A DNA stretch of 64,000 bases, taken from an uncultured Planctomycetota bacterium (GTDB lineage Bacteria > Planctomycetota > Planctomycetia > Gemmatales > Gemmataceae). A model generated the notes under the pieces. It saw only the letters and a program-made list of their open reading frames with translations. It ran no database searches and was not told where the DNA came from. This document shows, one piece after another, positions 54,001 through 64,000 of this stretch. How positions within the stretch are numbered: the stretch's first letter is position 1; each line of letters begins with the position of its first letter. The stretch covers positions 192,001-256,000 of the forward strand of contig CAWKHF010000002.1 of NCBI GenBank assembly GCA_963849325.1, read 5' to 3'. A program made the translations under genes and the position numbers.

Positions 54001-54708
54001 GTGGACGGCACGGGCAACGGCTACGGCGCGACCTACAAATGGCGAACCGACAACAGCGACGCCGACCTGCTGCGCGACAGCCTCCTCGAAGACGTCACTA
54101 TCCGGACGGCGGCGGGCACGCGGCGACAGACCTGGTATTACCCCAGCGCGGCGGACTGCCTGACGTGTCACACGACCGCCGCCAAGTTCGTCCTCGGCGT
54201 CAAGACGCGGCAGTTGAATCGGCCGTTCACCTATCCCGCCACCGGCGTCACCGACAACCAGCTGCGCACCTGGAACTATCTGGGACTCTTCCGTCCACGG
54301 TTGGACGAGACCCAGATCGCCGGCTTCCGCAAGCTCGCCGGGTTGGGTGACACCCAGGCGTCACTGACCGACCGGGTCCGCTCGTACCTCGACGCCAACT
54401 GCGCCAACTGCCATCGTCCGGGGAACATCCTCCGGGCCACCTTCGACGCTCGCTTCGACACGCCGCTGGCACGGCAGGGGTTGATCGACGTGCCAACGGT
54501 CAGCGACAGCCTGAACCTGTCCGATCCGCGCGTCGTCGCCTGCGGCGACGTTGGACGGTCGATGGTCCTCCAACGGATGCGCCGCACGGACAAGTCGCGC
54601 ATGCCGCCGCTGGCCAGTGCGGTCCCCGATCGCGCCGCCCTGGACGTGCTGGAACGATGGATCAAGACTGGAAAAAAAGGTTTCTCCCATGATTCGCTTG
54701 ACGAGTGA
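51058..54708 (+). CDS. Exported fusion: nucleoside hydrolase + PQQ-type glucose/sorbosone dehydrogenase propeller + Ig + chitobiase/Fn3-like + diheme cytochrome c
   Basis: DTDIGTDVDD, GPLTNIA, EWN, YDP (IU-NH). ERGLLG, HQGG, GLRNP (GSDH). YQWQR (Ig). IRYTTDG. LWSDGA.K.RW, CLTCH, CANCH, MPP. Confidence 0.85.
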   Translation: MRTFVQGCALVAAFLLVTPTLRAGSADVGKKKVPIILDTDIGTDVDDAFALALVVASPELELRGVTTVGSDPRTRALIVCRFLTAIGRREVPVAAGAAPQPAEEIKGQARYANHPDVINHRTSKPVKESAVEFLYGQLKARPGELTLLTIGPLTNIAPLLREHPDCKPWIKRLVMMGGSVRVGYKGTAPAEPEWNMKCDIAAAKTVFSSGVPLVVAPLDATTMLKLEKPLRQRLFRAETPLTSQVQALYQMWAAPTPTLYDPVAAALCFDEHFCTMEDLRLEVGDRGITRPVKGKANVRVAKAIRGDDFLKWYVERVASAARPKQPRSVDSEAGAARLPQGFTETAIVTGINGATAMDFAPDGRLFVCEQTGALRIVKNDLLLPLPFVTVKVDSSWERGLLGVTFDPHFDTNHYIYVNYISPDPYPHHRISRFTADGDTAMPGSEVVLFEGDDQNKLGGGVKNGHQGGAIHFGPDGKLYVAIGDQTAGTPAQDMKTLQGKILRINADGSIPEDNPFYRQTTGKYRAIWALGLRNPFTFAFQPGSGRMFINDVGGANEEINVGAAGANYGWPIAEHGPTKDRRFRGPIHWYKESSIAGGAFYNPPRRQFPAKYVGKYFFADFKQGWVRTLDPDNPADVRDFLTGLGNLSVVDLKIAADGSLYYLRRLAWVRDKDYKANTGVLYKVRYVGAEAPARIAAEPADQRVTVGQAATFHVGADGGSPLRYQWQRDDSDLAGATGATYTLPAVTQNDDGARFRCVVTNAHGKAVSRTATLTVLPSFEDIEAEGFDGVSVTPRPAKYTGPVTVRLTPHDPRATIRYTTDGRMPSAVSASHEGPFVLEKTTRLRWRVFRDDKPWGRSGEALFIIEGGAPYGLASRPSVSGLRVPLMAENVPAILSQTGLFASLSDLVPRRGLVPYDVNVPLWSDGAVKQRWMAPGRSPIVFTPEGEWTFPAGTVFVKHFDLSIDERDPRRKRRLETRLLVVDGTGNGYGATYKWRTDNSDADLLRDSLLEDVTIRTAAGTRRQTWYYPSAADCLTCHTTAAKFVLGVKTRQLNRPFTYPATGVTDNQLRTWNYLGLFRPRLDETQIAGFRKLAGLGDTQASLTDRVRSYLDANCANCHRPGNILRATFDARFDTPLARQGLIDVPTVSDSLNLSDPRVVACGDVGRSMVLQRMRRTDKSRMPPLASAVPDRAALDVLERWIKTGKKGFSHDSLDE

Positions 54709-55141
54709 GACGATCGATTACCACGCCCTGACCGAGCAGGTGCGTCGGCCCGGCTGTGGCGGCGTCGTCGTGTTCCTCGGCACCGTGCGCGACCTGACCG
54801 GCGATCGGGAGACGGTGGCGCTGGATTACGAAGCCTATCCGGGCATGGCCGAGAAAAAGATGGCCGAGATCGAGGCGGACACGCGGCAGCGCTGGCCGGT
54901 CGGCGACCTGGCCCTGGTGCATCGCCTCGGCCATCTCGATGTCGGCGAAATCAGCGTCGCCGTGGCGGTCAGTTGCCCGCACCGCGCCGAGGCGTTCGAG
55001 GCGTGCCGGCACGCCATCGATCGTTTGAAGGAACTGGTGCCCATCTGGAAGAAAGAGAACTGGGCCGACGGCTCGACGGAGTGGGTCCATCCCGACTCCG
55101 AGCCGCGAGCGTCAGCGAGCGGGCCTGATCCCGCTCGCTGA
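54689..55141 (+). CDS. moaE: Molybdopterin synthase catalytic subunit
   Basis: FLGTVR, LDYEAY, HRLG, HRAEAF, VPIWKKE. Confidence 0.95.
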   Translation: MIRLTSETIDYHALTEQVRRPGCGGVVVFLGTVRDLTGDRETVALDYEAYPGMAEKKMAEIEADTRQRWPVGDLALVHRLGHLDVGEISVAVAVSCPHRAEAFEACRHAIDRLKELVPIWKKENWADGSTEWVHPDSEPRASASGPDPAR

Positions 55142-55157
55142 CGCTCGCGGCTCGGAG
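55096..55157. repeat. REP-like palindrome (family B) overlapping the moaE 3' end
   Basis: ctccgagccgcgagcgtcagcgagcggg ... cccgctcgctgacgctcgcggctcggag. Confidence 0.88.
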
Positions 55158-55160
55158 CCT

Positions 55161-56251
<1,091 letters not shown>

Positions 56252-56273
56252 GCGGAGTTCCGAGAATAACTTC

Positions 56274-56339
56274 GTTTAGCCGCGACGCGCAGCGGAGCGC
56301 GGAGCGATTCCCGCGCTCCGCTGCGCGTCGCGGCTAAAC
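56274..56339. repeat. REP/REPIN-like palindrome (family A, copy 3)
   Basis: gtttagccgcgacgcgcagcggagcgcgg ... ccgcgctccgctgcgcgtcgcggctaaac. Confidence 0.92.
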
Positions 56340-56375
56340 CGAGAGGAAATGAGACACCTTCCCCGGTAGCAAGTT

Positions 56376-58021
56376 TCAGGCGGTTCCGACCTTCGCCTTC
56401 TGCTCGCCGGGCGGCACGTCGTCGGAATCGGGATCGAACCACGATTCCTGGAACTCGATGCGCTGGTGCTTCCGCATGGCGTGGTTGGCGGTCAGGGCGA
56501 TGATGGCATCGGCCATGGCGACCTTGCCGGGGCAGCGTGGCAGACGGCGGTCCTTCTCGTTGGCCTGGTTCCACAGGCGGACGCAGTAGGCGAAGTCCTC
56601 CATCTCCTCGCGGTAGCCGCGGCTGACCGGGCCGCCGCCCGCTCCCGCCGGGCCGGCCGCTGCCGCGGTCGGCGACACCGTCGGGCCGCCCCACGTCGAG
56701 CCGGACTCCAGCACCGGCTTGTCTTTGCCGCCGGCGCTGACGCCGACCTCCGTGGCCCGCGGCTGCGTCTTGACCTTGCCCGGCTCCAGCTCCGGGAACA
56801 CCATCACCGTCGATTCCTTCTCGACGATCATGGTGCCGCGGTCGCCCGTGACGCATTCGCCGTAGTTCTCGAACTGGTTCGTGCTGATCGAGGAATAGGT
56901 GACGACGACGACATCGTGCTTGTCCCGGGCGTGGTTCTTGCCGGGGAACTCGTAGGTGGCGAAGACGTGGTCGTCAATGTCGCGGTCGTTGCGGCCGGGT
57001 CCGAAGAACGAGCGCGTGCCGACGCCGGAGACGGCCAGCGGATGGACGTGGCCCAGGAAGATGCTGCAAGCGTCGAGTTGATGGCTGCCCAGTTCGGCCA
57101 TCAGGCCGCCGCCCGTCGCCTGGTAGAGCCGCCAGCGGATCAGTTGCTCGACGTTGTCGAAGCCGTACTTCTTGAGCATGTCCTTCTTGTCGTGCAGGGC
57201 GTCGTAATCCAGGTGCGTGATCGGCGGGAACCAGCCGTCGCGGAAGGTGGGCTGCGCCACGTCCTTGACCAGTCTCCATCTTGGGATCGGCGTGGAACGG
57301 CCAGGTGAAATTGCGGTGCCACAGGGCGCGGATGTGCTTGATGTCGCCCAGCACGCCGGCGTTGACGACCTCCGTGGCGTGGGCGTACAGCATACTGTAA
57401 TGGCGCTGGTGGCCGACGGCCAACAGGCTGTTGCAGTCCTTGGCCGTGCGGATCATCTGCTTGCACTGGGCGATGTTCCAGGCCATCAGCTTCTCGGTCA
57501 GCACGTGGATCGGCTTGCCGCGCTCCTTGCCGATCTTCATGGCGTCGATGGCCGCCTTGGCGTGCATGACCAGCGGCAGGGCGATGACGACGGCTTCGAT
57601 GTCCTTGTTCTTGCGCAATTCCTCCATCAACCCTTCGTAGGTGTCAAACTTCTTGATCTTTTCGGCGTCGTTTGCCGTAGACCTTGTTGAAGCCCTTGCG
57701 GAGCGCGACCTTGGGGTCGCCCTCGAAGATGCGCGTCATGTTCGAGGGGCGGATGTCGCAGACGGCGACGAACTGGAGGTACTCGGGGTTGTGTTCGCCG
57801 ACGAGGACGCCGCCCTCGTCGCCGCCGCCGATGAGGGCCGCCTTGACCGGCTTGCCCTCCATGCCCTTGTAGCCGAAGTAAACGGCCGGCGAGACGACGG
57901 CCACGCTCGCCCCCGCCACCGCCAAACTCTTCATGAAGCCGCGCCGCGTCAGGCCGTCAGCCGTGTGCGCGAAGTTCGCCGTGCCGGTCGCGCGTTGTTC
58001 GGGGGTCAGGTCGATCGCCAT
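56376..58021 (-). CDS. Tat-signal Gfo/Idh/MocA oxidoreductase (frameshifts ~57672, ~57272)
   Basis: [41 protein letters not shown]. Confidence 0.88.
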
Positions 58022-59209
58022 GTTGGATCTGTCTCCAAAAAGTAACCTTCTTGTTCCTTTTCGAGCCTCTCGTGATCCGAGACGGCATCCTGTTTCAAAC
58101 CACCGGCTGCCGAACGCACCGGCCGCGGCGTCACGGGCCGGCGCCAGCCAAAGAAGAGGGCATGGATCAGCGCATCCAGGCCGAACCATCGCCCGCTCGC
58201 CGTGGTCGCCAGGGCCAGAAGGGCCAGCATCTCGATCAGGTTCTTGTTGACGAAGGCGTAATAGCCTTCGGTGTTGGGCGCCACCGGCAGCCACGGCCAG
58301 GGCGGCACGCACAGATACGTCATCAGCAGGAAACCGGCCGACAGCACGCACGCCGTCCGCGAGAACAGTCCCAGCAGCAGCAAAGCGCCGAGGATCGCCA
58401 GGCCATACATCGTCGAAAGATCGAGCCATTTCTGGATGCGACTGGGCGGCGGCTGCGGCTGCGGCGGCTGGCCCTTGTCCTCGGCCTGCTTCTTCTGCTC
58501 CTCGGTCAAGATGCCGTCCAGGCTCTTTTGCAGCTGCTTGGTGTAGTCGTCGAGTTCCGCCAGCAGGGCCAGCCGCAGACGCACGACTTCGCCCTTGGTC
58601 TCCAGCAGGCGCCGCCCTTCCACGTCATGGCCCAGCAGATAGAGGCGGTTGCTCATCGTGTCGCGCAGCTCGCCGAGTTTCGCCTTGTACTCGGCGATGC
58701 GCTGCGGCATCGGCAGCTTCACCTCGACGGTGTTCGACTGGAAGCTCTTCTTGACGGACTTGGTCTTCTCGTCCGTCTGTTCCTTCGTCAGCCATAGCAC
58801 CACCGCGTCCTCGGTCTGCTTCCGCTTGCCCTCGGCCTCCTGGCGTTGTTTGTCGTCCAGGGCGTAGTAATCGCTGAAGCGCTGAACGTAATCGCTCCAT
58901 TCCTGGGCCAGCAGCGGCGGCGTGCGCGTGTTCGCCGGCGCGTTGGCCGAATCGCCGGTTTTCGGCAGCGGCTCCAGCCGACCCAGCGCCTCGTCGTCGG
59001 GGTCGCCAACTTGCTTGCGGACGACCTGGGCCAATGGGCCGGTGCCCTCGCGGAAGTAGCCGGCGCTGCTGAACGGCTTGAACTTGCCGACGACCGTTTC
59101 GGTCGGGCCGCGCCAGTAGCCTTCCAGCTTGTGGAAGCCCTCGGCGAAGAAGTGCCAGCCGATCGCCAGGCGCAAGGAGGATCAGGAAAAATGCGGTGCA
59201 TCGATTCAT
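58006..59209 (-). CDS. DoxX-family membrane protein with large soluble insertion (frameshift ~59172)
   Basis: LRLAIGWHFFAEG, LLLLGLFSR, VNKNLIE, GRWFGLD. Confidence 0.82.
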
Positions 59210-59230
59210 GGTGCCGGCCGGGGGTGCCTT

Positions 59231-60290
59231 TCAGTTCAGGGCGAACTCCTGCGGGGCGAGTCCTATCACGACAGCTTCCGCCCCCTCTCCCTCCGGCAGC
59301 AGGATCGCGCCGACGCCGGGATGGGCGGCACAATATCGGCGGGCCAGATCGACGCCGCCGACGTAGAACGCGGTCGAGAGCGCGTCGGCCTCGGCCGCGG
59401 TCGGGGCGAGGACGGAGGCGCTGGCGACGCCGGCGGCCGGCCAGCCCGTGCGCGGGTCGAGGATGTGGCCCAGCTTTTGTCCGTTATATTCCAGGTGCTG
59501 AAACGTGGCCGCCGAGGTCCCCAGCGCTCGGTCGCGCAGCCAGACCCGCGCCAACCGTCGCTGCCGGTCCCACGGATGCAGGATGCCCACCTGCCAGCCG
59601 CGTTCGCCGTCTGGAGGACTGCCTCTAGCGTACACGCTGCTGGTGCCTCCGTGCAACAACATACGGCGAAAGCCCCCATTCCTCGCGCCAGCAGCCGCGC
59701 CATCCGGTCGAGGGCGTAGCCCTTGCCGATGCTGCCGAGGTTGATCTCCAGCCCCGGCCGTCGGTAGCGCACGGTCCGCCGCGGCTCGTCCAGCTCGACC
59801 CACTGCATGCCGACGCGTTCCCGCACGGCCGCGCGTTCCGCCTCGGACGGCACGCGCCGCGGGCCGCGGAAGAAGCCCCACGCCTTGATGAGCGCTCCCG
59901 CCGTGATGTCGAACGCGCCTTCCGTCTCCGGTGGATCTGGGCCGCCAGCTCCAGCAGGCCGAACAGTCCGCTGCTCCACGCGCACCGGCGCGGCGAATGC
60001 GCGCCGATTGAGCCGGCTGACCTCGCTGGTCTCGCGGTAGACCGTCAGCTGGTCTTCCAGCGCGATCGAGCAACTCGAAGGCGTCCTCGCCCATCTCCAC
60101 GCGCGTTGGTCGTCCCGAAGGGCAGAACGATCTCGAAGCCGGTGGCCATCGCTCGCCGGCGTAGGTGGAGCAGAACGCTGTTCTCGGACGAGGAAGAGTC
60201 CGGCGCGTCGGCCCACTCGTCGAGAGCGCCGAGCATGTGGCCGGCCGTTTGCGCGAGCTGTCGGGGCTGAAGGAAATCGCGGCGGTTCAT
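59231..60290 (-). CDS. apbE: FAD:protein FMN transferase ApbE (several frameshifts)
   Basis: AMATGF, SEVSRLN, GAFDIT, NLGSIGKGYALD, HILDPRTG, ADALSTA. Confidence 0.92.
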
Positions 60291-60294
60291 CAAA

Positions 60295-60371
60295 AGTTGC
60301 TGAGTTGCTGAGTTCTGAGTTCGTGAGTTCTGTCATTTCACTCAGAACTCAGAACTCAGAACTCAGAACTT
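60295..60371. repeat. Inverted arrays of 7-8-nt tandem repeats (gagttct / actcaga)
   Basis: gttgctgagttgctgagttctgagttcgtgagttctg ... ctcagaactcagaactcagaactcagaact. Confidence 0.85.
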
Positions 60372-60374
60372 CGG

Positions 60375-61513
60375 TTATTCGTTGCCGTCGTGGATCATCG
60401 GTTCGAGCTGCTTGGTGTTGCGTTCGACGGCGAGGACGATGGTGCGTTCCTCGATGCCGTCGGGCGAGGCGGCGACGGCGGGGATGATCTGCCGGCTGTC
60501 GGGCAGGCTGAAGCGCATCGTGAAGGTGCCGTCGGGGCGCAGCTTGACCGGCTCGCCCTGCAGGGTGACGCGGGCGTTCGGCTCGGTGGCGCCGTAGACG
60601 ATCAGCTCGGCGTCGAGCTGGAACCAGAACTTGCGCGTCTGGCCGCCGAGCAGCCATGCCGCCGGAGCCGAAGCTGGTGACGGCCGGCGAGCCCAGCGGC
60701 CGGCGCAGGCGTTCCTCGAACAGCTGCTTCAGTTCGAGACTGCTGGCGGTCGGATCGAAGCCGCCGGACATGGCGTAAATGCGGTCGGCCTTCTTGGCGT
60801 CGATGTCGGCCCAGTTTTCGTCGATGACGTCGCTGACGCCGGCGCGCGGCGTGGTGACGACGTTGGAGCGGGCCAGGACGTAGAACTGGCCGCTGCGGGC
60901 GAGGTAGCCGATGTCCACGCGGAAGGAGCGCGGCGGATTGCTGACGTCGATGTACCAGTTGTTGCAGCCGCCGTGGATGTCGATGTCGCGGAGGATCGAC
61001 TCGGACGTGCTGGTCGTGTCGTGGCTGCTGACGTCGAGCAGGCGCAGGATCGGCTTGGCCGTGTGCCAGTCCTGGCCGAGAGCGGCCTCGGCCCGCTGGA
61101 TGGCGTGGCGCGTCAGCTCCCAGTAGCAGTGCAGCCAGTACGGATCGCGCACCATGACGACGATGCGGTCCTTGCCGTAGCCGGCCGGCAGATCGCTGGG
61201 CACCTTGGCCGACAGATCCTTGGTCGGCACGCCGACGTCGTACTTGCTGCTTTCGACCTGGTCCTCGGCGGAGGGAGTGCTGGAGGTGTCGCGGGCGGCG
61301 GCGGCCTGGACGGGAACGGCCAGGCGCGAGCGCGAACGGGTGCGGGACGGCTTTGCGAGCAGCGGGCCTGCGCGTCGAGGAGGACCGCGAGCGCTTGGCC
61401 AGGGTCTCGATCAATTCCTCCTTGGTCATATCGTGCCAGCCGGCGATGCCTTGCTGGCGAGCCAGGTCGATCAAGGTCTTTTTGGTGCTGGCTTGCAATT
61501 GATCGCGAGTCAT
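60375..61513 (-). CDS. DUF4912 protein with N-terminal Rho-N-like helix pair (frameshifts)
   Basis: TLIDLARQQGIAG...MTKEELI, YGKDRIVVMVRDPYWLHCYWE, LARSN, FWFQLDAELIVYGATEP. Confidence 0.85.
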
Positions 61514-62075
61514 GCCAAACCACTCCCGCGCCGTCCAAGCACGGCGCCGCGAAAAGGTGCCGGGGAGACATCCCTGTGTAATACCTTCCCGGAGGGTCCG
61601 TTCCAGGGAGTGTTACCGCATCGCCCCTCGCATTCACTGTGGATGCCGTGTTAGGGGAGCACGGACGGAGTACGACAAAATGTCCATTCTTCCACGAAGA
61701 GGGAGGATGGCCTTAGCGGAAAACAGGGCTGATTCTCAGGAGCACGATTCGTTCAACGCAGGACGAGTTCGGGAGGCGAACTCTTGCTGTGGGGTTTTGC
61801 CGTAAGGCGTCTTACCCTCAGGCTGGCTTGATTTTAAAGAGATGCGGCGTGAATGTCAACAAGAAAAACCTTGATTCGCCGCGAAAAACACAGGCGGGGC
61901 CGTGGCCGAGACGTTGCCGATGGCAGGAACGGAACCTCTTTCCGACTTTGTGAAAACTTACACGAATTTCAGATTGACTTTCCTCTCCGGGTCCAGAAAA
62001 TACCCCCGCACAGGCAAGGAAGGCCGGAGGGAGAGGTTTTTCGGGGTCCGGCGTGGCCGCCCTGGAGGACCGTTG

Positions 62076-62318
62076 ATGTTCCCGGAGATGCCCGACCGCA
62101 AGGAAATGGGGCGCTATCTCGCCCTCAGTCAGATCGGCCTGGAGATGGTCGTGCCGATCGTCGTCGGCCTGGTGGTGGATCACTACCTCGGTTGGACGCC
62201 GTGGGCGTCCGTGGCCGGCGCCGTGCTGGGGATGTGCGGCGGACTGGTGCATCTGGTGCATTTGTTGAACAAGATGGACGCGAAGGATTCCTCGCCGTCC
62301 GACCGGGAGTCGCGGTGA
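62076..62318 (+). CDS. AtpZ/AtpI family protein
   Basis: RBS ggagga. QIGLEMVVPIVVGLVVDHYLG, two TM segments, first gene of atp cluster. Confidence 0.85.
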   Translation: MFPEMPDRKEMGRYLALSQIGLEMVVPIVVGLVVDHYLGWTPWASVAGAVLGMCGGLVHLVHLLNKMDAKDSSPSDRESR

Positions 62319-62731
62319 TTGGGCGTTTGTTGTTCCTGACTGGGGGTTGTGCCGCCTTTGGCCTGCTCGTTGGGCTGCCGGCCCGTCATCTCGGCGGCGG
62401 CGATTCGGCCCTCGTCTTCATCGCCACGGCCCTGCTTCTGTGCCTGGTGCCCGCTGTCGTCACGCTCTTCTGGGGCGAGCGGGCGCTGCACCAGAGCGCC
62501 GACAAGCAGCTGGTCCTGGTGCTGGGCGGGACCGGCGTCCGCATGGCGTTCGTCCTGTTGGCCGGCTGGACGCTCTACCAGTGTGTTCCCTACTATCAGC
62601 AGCAATCCAGCTTCTTGATCTGGTTGGCCGTTTGTTACCTGTTCACCCTGGCCCTGGACATGACGCTGCTGCTGGCGGGGCGTCCCGAGGGGGGGCCGGA
62701 AACTTCCGCTTCGCGGTCCACGATTCAGTGA
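62315..62731 (+). CDS. ATP synthase subunit I-like 4-TM protein
   Basis: GTGA overlap with previous gene, four hydrophobic helices, position before atpB. Confidence 0.7.
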   Translation: MIGRLLFLTGGCAAFGLLVGLPARHLGGGDSALVFIATALLLCLVPAVVTLFWGERALHQSADKQLVLVLGGTGVRMAFVLLAGWTLYQCVPYYQQQSSFLIWLAVCYLFTLALDMTLLLAGRPEGGPETSASRSTIQ

Positions 62732-62739
62732 GTGTAGAC

Positions 62740-63748
62740 ATGGCCCAGCACGCGGCCCACGAACCGCATCCGTTCGAGCACGTGATGGACTCCCACAACT
62801 GGGAGTTCTTCAACGCGGTGTTCGGCCCGCCGGTCGAATGGCACCTGCCCGGCTTCAACATCGACATCGGTTCCTTCCACCACCGCTTCCAGCTCACCAA
62901 GTTCATGGTGCTGGAGCTGGTCGCGGCCATCCTGATCCTGTTGATTTACGTCCCCCTGGCTCGCCGCTCGCGCAACGGCGAGCTGCCCAAAGGGGGATGG
63001 TGGAACGCCTTCGAGTCGCTGTTGACCTTCATTCGCAACGAGGTCGCCAAGCCCAACCTCGGCGAACACGACGCGGACAGGTACGTCCCCTATCTGTGGA
63101 CGCTGTTCTTGTTTTTGCTGTTCTGCAACCTGCTCGGCATGTTTCCGTTCCTCGGTTCGCCGACGGCGAGCATCTGGGTAACGGGAGGCGCTGGCCTGCA
63201 CCGCCTTCGTCATGCTGCACGGGGCGGCCATCGTGAAGATGGGCTTCGAGTACGGCCACGGCGGTGGGCACCATGATGGACACGATCACCATGAGGGGCC
63301 CGGACATCATCTCGGCCACGGACCCACCCCCAGTCCACTCGTGGACGGTCTGCGGAAGGTTCCGTTCCTTGGCCCGCTGCTGGCCGGGGTCGTCCTCTAC
63401 GCCAAGGCGTTGTGGCCGCACATCGAGGTGCCTTACGTCGGCTGGTTCTTCAGCCTCACCATCTTCTGCATCGAGTTGGTGAGCACCGTCATCAAGAGCG
63501 GCGTCTTGGCCGTGCGTCTGTTCGCCAATATGTTCGCCGGGCATACGGTGCTGGCGGTGATCCTGCTGTTCATTTACTCGGCGGCCAACGCCGGCAACGG
63601 CTGGCTACTGGGCGGTGTGTCGATTGCCAGCGTGCTGGGCGTGGTGGCCCTGAGTCTGCTGGAACTGTTCGTCGCCTTCTTGCAGGCGTACATTTTCGTC
63701 TTCCTGACCGCGCTGTTCATGGGCATGTCGCTGCACCCCGAACATTGA
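62740..63748 (+). CDS. atpB: F0F1 ATP synthase subunit a (frameshift ~63190)
   Basis: CNLLGMFP, LAVRLFANMFAGH, ELFVAFLQAYIF. Confidence 0.97.
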
Positions 63749-63814
63749 CGGTCGCTTGCGGATGCGTTCCCGGACGGTTGTGACCTGAGTTGACACAAGG
63801 GAGTTAAATTGTCC

Positions 63815-64000
63815 ATGAAAGTCCTGAAACTGTTCCTCATGGTGGTGGGCGCCCTGTTGTTGCTGGCGGCGCCGGCGATGGCCCAGCAGCCGCCGACGGT
63901 GAACTCTTTGACGCTGTCCGGCCGCGGCGTCGGCGCCGGCCTGGGCGCCGCCCTGACGATCATCGGTGCCGGCTGGGGCTTCGGCCGCATCGGCGCCGCC
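63815..64000 (+). CDS. atpE: F0F1 ATP synthase subunit c (partial), with N-terminal signal-like extension
   Basis: GAGLGAALTIIGAGLGFGRIGAA after atpB. RBS aaggga. Confidence 0.9.
   Translation, partial: MKVLKLFLMVVGALLLLAAPAMAQQPPTVNSLTLSGRGVGAGLGAALTIIGAGWGFGRIGAA

Noticed and set aside
61514-62075. Long divergent intergenic region as ncRNA or riboswitch
   Set aside because: No motif or structure I could recognise. Probably promoters for the atp operon and DUF4912. An Rfam scan would be needed.

Overview
GC-rich bacterial chromosome segment. The gene content points to a planctomycete, probably Gemmataceae-like: PVC-type heme/propeller proteins, DUF3500, DUF885, PQQ-like propellers and palindromic intergenic repeats. 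That placement is an inference. The window starts with a nest of three transposases: an IS701-like element, an ISKra4-like element with 9-bp target duplications, and a disrupted DDE gene. Housekeeping genes (rpmA, rlmN, gltA, mgtE, panC, moaE, purM, start of the atp operon) alternate with accessory loci. These include a kmo-kynA-kynB tryptophan catabolism operon, several exported cytochrome c/beta-propeller proteins, an IS5-family element, an ECF sigma/anti-sigma operon and an ApbE-DoxX-Tat oxidoreductase operon. The two best novelty candidates are a co-oriented cassette of three apparently exported proteases (caspase C14, subtilase S8, TPR-CHAT; 33.4-41.4 kb) and a five-domain nucleoside hydrolase/sugar dehydrogenase/diheme cytochrome fusion (51.1-54.7 kb). 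About 30 single-base frameshifts, some in essential genes, are probably long-read errors, and many lie at GCGC/CGCG. No rRNA, tRNA or CRISPR array was seen. All family calls come from motif recognition by eye, not database searches.
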